DNA of 64,000 nucleotides from Candidatus Latescibacterota bacterium (GTDB lineage: Bacteria; Latescibacterota; UBA2968; GCA-2709665): contig OZ242180.1 of assembly GCA_965205485.1 (NCBI GenBank), positions 1,056,001-1,120,000 on the forward strand, written 5' to 3'. The translations under genes were made by a program, and so were the position numbers. Under the pieces are notes generated by a model. It worked only from the letters and a program-made list of their open reading frames with translations. It was not told where the DNA came from and did no database searches. Below, piece by piece: positions 10,027 through 19,231 of the stretch (within the stretch, counting starts at the first letter, position 1; each line of letters opens with the position of its first letter).

Positions 10027-11586
10027 ATGATGTTGACGCAACGCGAAATCGAAGACGGGTTGTTGGCGCTCGGTTTGAAGACCGGCGCGATTGTGGTGGT
10101 CCATTCGTCCCTGAGCAGCCTGGGACCCGTATCGGGCGGCGCGAACGCGGTGATCGACGCGCTTATCCAAGCAGTGGGTCCGGGCGGAACCGTGATGATG
10201 CCCACCCATCCGGCCCGCGACGGACGCACGTTCGATCCGGACACGATTCCTTCCGATATGGGCGTCATCAGCGAGACGTTCCGGTTGCGGCCGGGCGTGC
10301 TTCGCAGCCGGCATCCGTATCATCCGGTGGCGGGGTACGGTGCGAGGGCGGAGGAGATCCTCTCCGATCACGAAGAAAGCGCTGTGCCGGACGGGCCGGA
10401 GACGCCCTATGGCCGCCTGATCACCCTCGGCGGAAAGGTGCTGCACATTGGATGCGACCTGGATACGATGACGCTGCTGCACACGGTGGAGGCGGAGCTG
10501 GACCTGCCCTATCTCCGTGAATTGGAGATGAAATATGTGGCCGAAGACGGCGAGGTCCGCGCGATGACGATTCGCCGCTGTCCTGGAGGGCATCGCGGGG
10601 GCGTGTTGAAGTTCGATCGGCTGTTCAGGGCGGAGGGCGCCATGGCGGTGGATACGATCGGGCCGGCGGTTTGCCGTCTGATCGACGCTCCCCGGGCCGC
10701 GGCCATCATGAGGCGCGAGATGTCGCGCGACCCCGGCTTTGCGCTGGACGAGAATCCGTATTGTGCGGACTGCGTGGGATATAGAGCGAAGATCGCGAAA
10801 TCCTCCTCCGGCCGTCCGGCGATCCGGCGCGATGAGTCAGCCCCTCCCGCGGAATCGCTCACGTCCATGCTGAAAGATGAGGATTTCACCCTGAGCGTGC
10901 CGCTGTTGGCCGTGGATGCCGATCCCGAAAAGGCGCTGGATCTGGTCGCTGAAGTGGGGATTTCATCGGTCGAACTGCATACGAATCACCTGGTCGATAT
11001 CGATGTCCTTTCTGGTTGCCTGGGAGATCGGGACCTCGAGTTCGTGGTTTTGCGCACGCCATTCGCGTCTGCAGAGAAGCTGGCGGAGGCGTGTACAATT
11101 GCAGCCGGTCTCGATGCAGAGTACCTTCATGTGCGGCTGCCTGACGGATTGGAGCCGGCGGACCTGAACGATTTGCTTGAACGGCTCGCCCGGGTCGTCG
11201 ATGACAATGGGATGGACGTACTTGTGGGAAATCCCGCGGGCGTGAACCCGTCGGATATCGCCGGAGGGTTGAGAGAGGTTGGGTCGGCCAGACTGAACAT
11301 GACATACGATCCGGCCGCCGTCGCGACCTCGGGCGGAAGCCCGTTCTATATGGGACTCTACAAGGGACCGATCCGGCGGTCCGTCAGGCACGTCGACTTC
11401 AGGGACATCGTCTCGTCGAGCGGTAGCCCGACGGCGCCCGGCCAAGGCAACGCGGAACTCGTGGAGATTCTTTCGAATCTCCGATGTCGAAGTTTCGACG
11501 GGACCTTCTGCCTCTGGCCGCTGCCGGGTGCTTCGGGATTCCGGGATGCCGTCAACGGACTTCGTGGTATATTGATGCGTATTTAG
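10027..11586 (+). CDS. AAC(3)-family acetyltransferase fused to xylose-isomerase-like TIM barrel
   Basis: N-half VHSSLSSLG, RSRHPYH, TLLHTVE, CADC; C-half TYDPAA, HVDFRD, PGQGNAE..FDG. Confidence 0.8.
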   Translation: MMLTQREIEDGLLALGLKTGAIVVVHSSLSSLGPVSGGANAVIDALIQAVGPGGTVMMPTHPARDGRTFDPDTIPSDMGVISETFRLRPGVLRSRHPYHPVAGYGARAEEILSDHEESAVPDGPETPYGRLITLGGKVLHIGCDLDTMTLLHTVEAELDLPYLRELEMKYVAEDGEVRAMTIRRCPGGHRGGVLKFDRLFRAEGAMAVDTIGPAVCRLIDAPRAAAIMRREMSRDPGFALDENPYCADCVGYRAKIAKSSSGRPAIRRDESAPPAESLTSMLKDEDFTLSVPLLAVDADPEKALDLVAEVGISSVELHTNHLVDIDVLSGCLGDRDLEFVVLRTPFASAEKLAEACTIAAGLDAEYLHVRLPDGLEPADLNDLLERLARVVDDNGMDVLVGNPAGVNPSDIAGGLREVGSARLNMTYDPAAVATSGGSPFYMGLYKGPIRRSVRHVDFRDIVSSSGSPTAPGQGNAELVEILSNLRCRSFDGTFCLWPLPGASGFRDAVNGLRGILMRI

Positions 11587-11668
11587 TGTCGCGTCCCGGA
11601 GAGATGTCACCATTCATCCGCCGATTCAACCTGTCTCACAGCGTTCACATCGTCAGCCAAAGCGTGGT

Positions 11669-11798
11669 CATTGAGCATGCCTGCATTGAGCTTGTCGAAA
11701 TGTCGAAATGCCCGCGTTAGGTTACTCGTCCGGTGCTGTTCACTGCCCTTCGCCGACCCTTCGACACCCTTCTACAGGCTCAGGGCAAGTGCTCAGGG
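11669..11798. repeat. Inverted pair of nested CTTCGAC-N-GCTCAG type REP-like repeats
   Basis: CATTGAGCTTGTCGAAATG inside a second copy; CCCTTCTACAGGCTCAGGG inside CCCTTCGACA...GCTCAGGG; related copy at 33404. Confidence 0.65.
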
Positions 11799-12001
11799 AG
11801 CGGCAAAGGGCACAGGCGCCGGTTCGTGAGCGTTGCTGTGAGCTCTACAAAGGGATGCCAGCCCGGCGGCTCGACGGCCGATTGCGGACAACCGATTTCC
11901 TGGAAAGAACACGTGCGGTCCGATGGCTGCCTGCGAAACAAGGACAAATGCATGATTCGGAATGCTGACGCTGTAGACTTCCTGCAACCGGAACTGGTAG
12001 G

Positions 12002-13702
12002 ATGACCGAAAAAGAACACTCGGCCGAAATCGTCGTGGAGAAGGACGTCCCCGTGCCGATGTCCGACGGCGTGGTGCTGCGCGCAAATGTGTTCAGACCG
12101 GCGGGATCCGGGCGGTATCCGGGATTGTTGATGCGAACTCCTTATGGAAAGCCGAGCGGAGGATTCCAACGGGTCGTGCGGTCCGGATATGCCGTGGTCA
12201 CCCAGGATTCACGCGGTCGATATGCTTCTGAAGGGACGTATATCCCGTATACGGTTGAAGGCGGCACGCCCGATGCCCAGGACGGGTACGAGAGCGTCGA
12301 GTGGCTGGCGCGGCAGCGGTATTGCAACGGGAAGATCGGCACGTTCGGCGGATCCTACAACGCCTGGATGCAGTGGATGCTGGCGAAGCTGCGGCCGCCG
12401 CACCTTGTCGCGATGTGCGCCTGGTCGATTCCCCTGGAGAATACGGACGTGGACTGGTGGGGGTCCTTTCGTCCCGCCCGGCGCGTCAAGTGGTGGATGG
12501 GGAGCATGGCGCCGGATATCCGGAAGAGGGAGGGCGCTCCGGGGCCCCACCACAGGGACGACGCGGTGGAAATCTGGGAAGACGTTGAGCGTATGCGATG
12601 GCTGTATTTCATGCCGTGGCTGGACCTGCCGCGCTACCTGCCCGAGGGACTCGCCGGTTACGTCGAGGACTGGTTGCGGCACCCGAACCGCAGGTGCTGG
12701 AAATTCGACGAAGTGCACCGAGAAGTCGAGGTTCCGAACCTGGATTTCAGCGGCTGGTACGACCATTGCGGGGGCACGATGGCCCACCTCGGGCTGATGC
12801 AGACGCACGGACGGACGGAAAACGCAAGAACGCAGACCCGGCTCGTGATCGGCCCCTGGAACCACAACAACCTGGGCAGCCGGAGACAGGGCCCGTTCGA
12901 CTTCGGGCCGGCGGCCAAATTCAACCTGCAGGATGCAATGATCCGCTGGTTCGACCGCAGGCTGAAGGGCGATGACAACGGGGTGGACCGGGAGCCGGCC
13001 GTGCGGTACTTCGTGATGGGGTCCGGCGCCTGGAAGTCCGCGTCGACCTGGCCGCCGGAGGGGACGACGCGGGCGGTCTACTATATGGACAGCGACGGCG
13101 ACGCGCACCTGCCCGCGGGGTCCGGCCGTCTGCTTGACGCCCCCGCCCCCGGCGAAAGCCCTGACACGTACGTTTACGATCCCAATGACCCGGTTCCCAC
13201 GCTTTGGTCGACCGCGCTGTATACGGAGCCCTCGGACCGAAGGCGGCTCGATTATCGCCCGGATATCCTGATTTTCCGCACGCCGCCCCTGGAGACCGAC
13301 GTGGAGACCGTGGGCTGTCCCGAGGCCGTTCTCTTCGCGGCGACTTCGGCGGCGGATACCGATTTTTTCGTCCGTCTCGTGGATGAAGATCCCGGCGGTC
13401 CGGCAATGGACGTCGCATACGGAATGGTCCGCGCCCGCCACCGCCATTCGCTGGACGAGGAGGACTTCATCACGCCGGAAGCGGTGACCGAATACCGCAT
13501 CCGCATGACGCCGACGGCCTGCAGGTTTCTCGCGGGACACAGGATACGCGTCGAAATCACCAGCAGCGATTTTCCGAACCACGACAGGAATCACAACACG
13601 GGCGGGAACGACCTGGCGGAGACGGAACTCGTGGCGGCGATTCAGGAGGTCCATCACTCCAGCCAGTATCCTTCACGGCTGATCCTGCCGGTTCTTCCAT
13701 GA
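12002..13702 (+). CDS. CocE/NonD family hydrolase
   Basis: RTPYGK, QDSRGRYASEG, GGSYN nucleophile elbow, GWYD, GPWNH. Confidence 0.95.
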   Translation: MTEKEHSAEIVVEKDVPVPMSDGVVLRANVFRPAGSGRYPGLLMRTPYGKPSGGFQRVVRSGYAVVTQDSRGRYASEGTYIPYTVEGGTPDAQDGYESVEWLARQRYCNGKIGTFGGSYNAWMQWMLAKLRPPHLVAMCAWSIPLENTDVDWWGSFRPARRVKWWMGSMAPDIRKREGAPGPHHRDDAVEIWEDVERMRWLYFMPWLDLPRYLPEGLAGYVEDWLRHPNRRCWKFDEVHREVEVPNLDFSGWYDHCGGTMAHLGLMQTHGRTENARTQTRLVIGPWNHNNLGSRRQGPFDFGPAAKFNLQDAMIRWFDRRLKGDDNGVDREPAVRYFVMGSGAWKSASTWPPEGTTRAVYYMDSDGDAHLPAGSGRLLDAPAPGESPDTYVYDPNDPVPTLWSTALYTEPSDRRRLDYRPDILIFRTPPLETDVETVGCPEAVLFAATSAADTDFFVRLVDEDPGGPAMDVAYGMVRARHRHSLDEEDFITPEAVTEYRIRMTPTACRFLAGHRIRVEITSSDFPNHDRNHNTGGNDLAETELVAAIQEVHHSSQYPSRLILPVLP

Positions 13703-13957
13703 AGGTGCGTCAGCCCTGATTCGCGATTGTTTTTGGAACTGAATGTCGAATATATACAGAAGAACAAAGGCGAATCGACTTCAAAGATCCCGGATACTTG
13801 AGGTCGCTGGACGTGAAGGGTATTTCCATCCATTTTAACGACCTCCATACCCGGTATTCGAACCGACACCTTCTGTGCTTTTTGTGGTAAATTTACCGAC
13901 TGTCGTTTTTCGAAATGATGCGAGGTAGCGAAACGGAAAAGGCTGTACGATATTCAT

Positions 13958-15175
13958 ATGATTTCCGAATTCAACTGGCGCCTGTGCCATCCCGACCTCA
14001 ATTCCCCTGGTGGTGACGTGCCCTGCGCCAGAGAAGCGCCGGGCGCGCTGCTGCCCTACCGGGGACGCCTCTATATGTTCGGCGGCGGAACCCTCAGATA
14101 CGGCGCCTCCACCGGACAGGGTAACAAGTCCACGCTGGGCGCATTGAACGACCTGTGGGAGTACGATCCGGCTGTTGAGGAATGGAACCTGTTGGAAGCA
14201 AACAACGGCGCGGCCGGGTTCGACGCCTCGGCGGATCGTCCTTGTGCGCGCATGCTGCCCGCGTGGGTTGAATTAGACGACCGGTTCTATCTGTTCGGCG
14301 GGTTGTCGATCCTGAGCGCGGGCTGGAAGTTCACGCTGCTGAACGACCTCTGGATGTACGATCCCGCGGATGCGCGTTGGACGCTGCTGGAGCCGGATGA
14401 CGGCGTATTGCTCGAGCATCCCGATTTTGCCGGACGAGGCCGGCCGGCGACGATAGGCGGATTCGGCACGGCCGTTATCGGGAGCAGGATCTATCTCTTT
14501 GGCGGTTGGGGCCACCGGGCGCCGCTTCCCCCGTCGGTCGAAACCGCGGTGCTTAGCAGGCAACTATGGATCTATGACACCCGGACCGGAAACTGGGACC
14601 GGATCGAACCGGCGGAGGGCGCGGCTGTCCCACCGAAACGGTACGTCATGTCGATGGCGGCCTGGGAGGAACGGATCTATGTCTGGGCGGGGCGGGACAC
14701 GCAGGAACGGGATCCGCAATTCTATAACGATCTCTGGTGCTTCGATCCGGCCACGCGCGGATGGACCTGTCTCGCGGAAAATGATTTTGGGGCGGCAAAC
14801 CGGCCTTCCGCCAGGTACGGCCAGGGTTCGGCAAGGATCGGGGACCAGTGGTATGTTTTCGGCGGGTTCGGTCCGCGGGGGACGTTCATGCCGGAAGAAG
14901 TGAACGGGCCGCAATTAAACGATCTTTGGCGCCTGCATCTGAGTACCGGAGAGTGGACCTGCCTGCAGGCGCACGACGGTTCGAAGGATTATTCGGAGTC
15001 CGCGGCGTATCCGGGCGTCCGGCGCGTTCCGGGCATGACAGCTCTGGATGACTCGGTGTACCTGTTCGGCGGTCTGGACCTTGCCAGCGGCCCGAACGAC
15101 GACGGTCCCGTGACGGGTTTCAATGACCTCTGGGTCGGGCGCGAATCATTGACTCACGAACCGAAGATCGTGTAA
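13958..15175 (+). CDS. Kelch-repeat protein
   Basis: Six YxFGG...NDLWxYD type repeats. Confidence 0.9.
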   Translation: MISEFNWRLCHPDLNSPGGDVPCAREAPGALLPYRGRLYMFGGGTLRYGASTGQGNKSTLGALNDLWEYDPAVEEWNLLEANNGAAGFDASADRPCARMLPAWVELDDRFYLFGGLSILSAGWKFTLLNDLWMYDPADARWTLLEPDDGVLLEHPDFAGRGRPATIGGFGTAVIGSRIYLFGGWGHRAPLPPSVETAVLSRQLWIYDTRTGNWDRIEPAEGAAVPPKRYVMSMAAWEERIYVWAGRDTQERDPQFYNDLWCFDPATRGWTCLAENDFGAANRPSARYGQGSARIGDQWYVFGGFGPRGTFMPEEVNGPQLNDLWRLHLSTGEWTCLQAHDGSKDYSESAAYPGVRRVPGMTALDDSVYLFGGLDLASGPNDDGPVTGFNDLWVGRESLTHEPKIV

Positions 15176-15191
15176 TGACGGGAGATGGACG

Positions 15192-16013
15192 ATGAAACTG
15201 ATGATTATGACGGACCTGGAAGGCGTGGCCGGCATTCTGAATTTCGATGACTGGTGCGTGCCGGACGCGATGTATTACGATAAGGCGAAGAGGCTGCTGA
15301 CGCTGGAAGTCAACGCCGCGGTGGACGGGTTCAGCGAAGGCGGCGCGGAAGAGATCCTGGTGGTCGACGGGCACGGACACGGCGCCATGGATCCGGAACT
15401 CCTGGACGAGCGCGCGCAACTGATGCGAGGCCACGCGGCCCCGATCTGGCCCTGGAGCCTGGACGGGTCTTATCAGGGGGTGGCATACGTGGGGCAGCAC
15501 GCGAAGGCGGGAACGCCATGGTCGCATCTGACCCATACAGGGAGTTTCGCTTGCGTGGACTATGCGATCAACGGGATTTCCATTGGAGAATACGGGCAGC
15601 TGGTGCTGTGCGCGATGGAACTCGGGGTGCCGGCGATTTTCGCGGCGGGCGAGGAAGCGTTCGCGGCTGAGGCCGAGGCGCTGACCCCCGGCGTGGTGGC
15701 CGTGGGCGTGAAACGCGGGCTGCTTCCCGACGGGCTGGAACACCTGGACGCCGACGCCTACGGCCGCGCCAAGCTGAGCGCGGTCAACCTCGCGCCGGCC
15801 CGGTCCCGCGCGCTCATCCGCGAGGGCGCCAGGGAGGCGATCGAAAAGCTGAAAGGAAATCCTTCGTCTTTCCGATATCCGGAAATGACCCCGCCGTACG
15901 TTCGCACCGCGAGCTACCGCAAACGCGGCGATTCGCCGGGTTTCAGCACCCGCGACGAGCACCCCGACAGCATCATCGGACTGATGAATATGCCGCAGAC
16001 GAGGGTGGCGTAA
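15192..16013 (+). CDS. M55 family metallopeptidase (DppA-like D-aminopeptidase)
   Basis: TDLEGVAG, EVNAAVDG, VDGHG, VGQHAKAG, LTHT. Confidence 0.92.
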   Translation: MKLMIMTDLEGVAGILNFDDWCVPDAMYYDKAKRLLTLEVNAAVDGFSEGGAEEILVVDGHGHGAMDPELLDERAQLMRGHAAPIWPWSLDGSYQGVAYVGQHAKAGTPWSHLTHTGSFACVDYAINGISIGEYGQLVLCAMELGVPAIFAAGEEAFAAEAEALTPGVVAVGVKRGLLPDGLEHLDADAYGRAKLSAVNLAPARSRALIREGAREAIEKLKGNPSSFRYPEMTPPYVRTASYRKRGDSPGFSTRDEHPDSIIGLMNMPQTRVA

Positions 16014-16067
16014 CCCGGCCGGCATCCGGTTGAAATCGCGGTAACCCGTGTATTTGGGAGCATTCGA

Positions 16068-16700
16068 ATGATTGAAATCACGCACGAATTCGACGCGCCG
16101 GGCCCGCAGCCGAACGGCATGCAGGCCACGGCGGACGGATTCTGGTTTCTGGACCAGAAAACAAACCAGGCGGCTCTGGTTTCATTCACCGGCGAAACCC
16201 TCAAAACACTTGATACGGCATCGGACCGGGGGAGCGGAATTACGGACGCCGGTTCGGCATTGTGGCTGGCCTCCACGTATGACCGGAAGATCCTGCGCGT
16301 GGATCGCGAAACGGGCGAGACCGTGGACCGGTTCGATACACCCGGCGCGGAGGCAACGGGCGCCCACGGCCTGGAGTTGCGCGATGGATACCTCTGGATG
16401 GCGGTGCCCCCGTCGGCGACGATATACCAGGTGGATCTGAAGAACGGCTTCGAAATGGTACACTCGATCCCGGCGCCCGGGGACCGTCCGCACGGGATCG
16501 CCTGGGAGGCCGGCGACCTCTGGTGCGTCGAGACCAATCACCGCGCAGTCTACCGCCTGAACTCGGCGGACGGAGCGATTCTGGATAAGATCGAGATTCC
16601 TGCGGAGTATCCCGAACCGCATGGGATGACGATGTGGGATGGGACAATCTGGTACTGCGACGCCGGGTCCCGGGCGGTATGCCGGGTGACGAGGCAATAA
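16068..16700 (+). CDS. Small beta-propeller protein (Vgb/glutaminyl cyclase-like)
   Basis: Repeated P-x-G-[ILM]-x-W/x-x-G-x-LW blades. Confidence 0.75.
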   Translation: MIEITHEFDAPGPQPNGMQATADGFWFLDQKTNQAALVSFTGETLKTLDTASDRGSGITDAGSALWLASTYDRKILRVDRETGETVDRFDTPGAEATGAHGLELRDGYLWMAVPPSATIYQVDLKNGFEMVHSIPAPGDRPHGIAWEAGDLWCVETNHRAVYRLNSADGAILDKIEIPAEYPEPHGMTMWDGTIWYCDAGSRAVCRVTRQ

Positions 16701-16778
16701 GGTCGCCAATTTCGCCGTAGAACCCGCGGGCGCCGGCGGGCGGGGACCGTTTTCTCTGCGCGGACCGATTGACAGGTC

Positions 16779-17681
16779 ATGAGCGAAAACGAAAGAGATA
16801 CGGCGCGCATCTTCGCGCTGTCGGACGTCCACGTGGACTCCGCGCTGAATCTGGCCTGGATGAGTTCGCTGTCCGAGTCCGACTTCCAGCGGGACGTGCT
16901 GATTCTGGCCGGCGACGTGAGCGACCGGATGGACCGGCTGGAGAGGACGCTGGCCGGCGTGCGCTCCAGGTTCGCAGACGTGTTTTTCGTGCCGGGAAAC
17001 CATGAGTTGTGGGTACGGAGAGCGGGGCTGCCGCGCGGCTCTCTGGGCAAATTCGACCAGGTGCTTTCCCTTTGCGATCGACTCGACGTCAGGACGCGTC
17101 CCGGCAGGGTCGGAAACCGGACGGGCGCATGGATTGTCCCGCTCTTTTCGTGGTATCTGAAACCCGAGGAGGGTCCCGACAGCCTGTTTACGCCCAAAGC
17201 GGGCGAGGACGAGACCCTGTCAATGTGGAGCGATGACCATTTCGTCAGGTGGCCCGAGAGCGCGCGGCCGCCCGCGGAGTTTTTCCTCAGCGCGAATGAG
17301 AGGAACATATCAGGGACGTACGAAGCGCCGGTGATCTCGTTCAGCCACTTCCTGCCGAGACGGGAGTTGATATTCGGCATACCGGCGCCGCGGCGGTGGG
17401 GCGGATCGCCCGGAGACCCGCATCCCGCGTTCAACTTCAGCCGCGTGGCGGGATGCCGGGGCCTGGATGCGCAGATTCGCCGACTCGGGTCCACCATTCA
17501 CGTCTACGGCCATCAGCATCGCAATCGGCTTCGCGAAATTGACGGCGTAACCTATGTTTCTCATTGTCTGGGGTACCCGCGGGAAAGGGAGAACGGGCAT
17601 ATTCGAGGGCTTGACAGGGGCCCTCGCCTGATCTGGGATGCAGGCGGCCCGGAGAAAAGTCGAGGAGAGAGTGGAGAGTAG
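16779..17681 (+). CDS. Calcineurin-like metallophosphoesterase
   Basis: SDVH, AGD, GNHE, SHF, GHQH. Confidence 0.92.
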   Translation: MSENERDTARIFALSDVHVDSALNLAWMSSLSESDFQRDVLILAGDVSDRMDRLERTLAGVRSRFADVFFVPGNHELWVRRAGLPRGSLGKFDQVLSLCDRLDVRTRPGRVGNRTGAWIVPLFSWYLKPEEGPDSLFTPKAGEDETLSMWSDDHFVRWPESARPPAEFFLSANERNISGTYEAPVISFSHFLPRRELIFGIPAPRRWGGSPGDPHPAFNFSRVAGCRGLDAQIRRLGSTIHVYGHQHRNRLREIDGVTYVSHCLGYPRERENGHIRGLDRGPRLIWDAGGPEKSRGESGE

Positions 17682-17802
17682 TGAGAAAAGAGAGAAAACG
17701 CGTCATAGGCCTCTCACTACTCTTTCCTTTCGCGTTTCCCGATCTGCTTTTTGTCGTTACTCACTCCTCTTTCCTCTCTCCTGGTTTTGGGGGCGTTAGC
17801 GT

Positions 17803-18297
17803 ATGAAGCGGCTATATGTGATTCGGCACGCGAAGTCCAGCTGGAGCGATCCGGCGCTTGGCGATTTCGAGCGCCCGTTGAACAAGCGCGGCAAACGGGA
17901 CGCGCCCTTTATGGGCAAGCGTCTGAAAGAAGGCGGTGCGAAGCCGGACATGATCGTCACCAGTCCCGCGAAACGCGCGGTCAAGACGGCCCGCGAAATC
18001 GCGAAGGCGTTGGGATTTCCCGCCAGGAAGATCGTCGAGGAAATGGCGGTCTACGAAGCGAGCCTGTACGACTTGCTTGCCGTCGTGCGGAAAATCCCGG
18101 ACACGTACGGCGAAGTGATCATGGTGGGCCACAATCCAGGCTTCTCGGACCTGGCCGGCTACCTTGTTTCGGATTCAAACGTCTATATGCCAACCTGCGC
18201 CGTCTTTCGCGTGGATCTGGATATCCATTCCTGGGTGCGCGTAACGGCGGGTCTCGGGCGGATGGTCTCGTACGACTATCCCAAAAAACACGCATAG
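17803..18297 (+). CDS. SixA-like histidine phosphatase
   Basis: RHAKS, RPLNKRG, SPAKRA, VGHNPG. Confidence 0.9.
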   Translation: MKRLYVIRHAKSSWSDPALGDFERPLNKRGKRDAPFMGKRLKEGGAKPDMIVTSPAKRAVKTAREIAKALGFPARKIVEEMAVYEASLYDLLAVVRKIPDTYGEVIMVGHNPGFSDLAGYLVSDSNVYMPTCAVFRVDLDIHSWVRVTAGLGRMVSYDYPKKHA

Positions 18298-18364
18298 ACC
18301 GGCGTGATTCAACCGCAATTTAAAAGTGCACAAACGTTATAATGGCCACAAAGTGCCTGAATGC

Positions 18365-18392
18365 GGGTAGAGGGTAGAGGGAAGACGGTAGA
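18365..18392 (+). repeat. Short heptamer tandem repeat
   Basis: GGGTAGA GGGTAGA GGGAAGA CGGTAGA. Confidence 0.6.
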
Positions 18393-18478
18393 AGAAATGC
18401 GGAATCTGACGGGTCGGTGTGATGTTGTGTGGTAGGTCTTTATCCTGTCCATCCATGTAAATCCCGGTCTTACGTTAA

Positions 18479-19231
18479 ATGATCGATCTGACGATTGAAG
18501 ACGGAATTGCGTGGCTGACGTTGAACCGGCCCGAGGTGCTGAATGCGATGGATCTCGAAAGCGTGCGCGCGTTTGGTGGCCACCTTGACGAGATTCGCGG
18601 TAATGAAGACGTGCGGGCTGTGGTCACCTGTGGCGCGGGCCGGGCGTTTTGCGCCGGCAGCGATCTGAAAGAGCTGGCGCCGTTGACCGCGGAGGGGGCC
18701 GCGGATGTGGAACGCGCGCATGCTGATGCCTTCGCTCTGCTCGACGACATCCCCCAACCCACGGTCGCGATGCTGCACGGCCACGTTCTGGGTGGCGGTG
18801 TTGGGCTCGCTTTGTATCACGACTTCCGGATCGCATCGGAATCGGCGAGGTTGGGGATGCCGGAAGTGGAACTGGGATGGACACCGCCCTGGGGGCTGGG
18901 CCGGCTTGTCGACGCGGTTGGCGGCGCGGCCGCGAGGTGGATCGTGATGGGCTGCGAAACGGTGACCGGCGGCGAAGCGAAGGCAATCGGCCTGGTGCAC
19001 GAGTGTGTCGCCGACGACGCGTTGAAAGACCGGGTCAGGACATTCGCGCTGCGTCTTGCATCGTATCCTCCTGCGGCATTGAGAGAGACCAAGAAGCTGC
19101 TGAACCGGATATCCTCCGCTCGCGACGCCAGGTGGGACGCCGCGGCTTCCGAAGCGTTCGAGGCCTGTATCGGAAGGGACGAGGCTCGCGCGAACCTGGA
19201 GGCGTTCATTGCGCGGAAGAAGGACCGATGA
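18479..19231 (+). CDS. Enoyl-CoA hydratase/isomerase
   Basis: LNRPEVLNA, FCAGSDL, GMPEVELG. Confidence 0.93.
   Translation: MIDLTIEDGIAWLTLNRPEVLNAMDLESVRAFGGHLDEIRGNEDVRAVVTCGAGRAFCAGSDLKELAPLTAEGAADVERAHADAFALLDDIPQPTVAMLHGHVLGGGVGLALYHDFRIASESARLGMPEVELGWTPPWGLGRLVDAVGGAAARWIVMGCETVTGGEAKAIGLVHECVADDALKDRVRTFALRLASYPPAALRETKKLLNRISSARDARWDAAASEAFEACIGRDEARANLEAFIARKKDR

Noticed and set aside
8333..11586. Aminoglycoside resistance locus
   Set aside because: Family membership alone does not give the substrate; no mobile context
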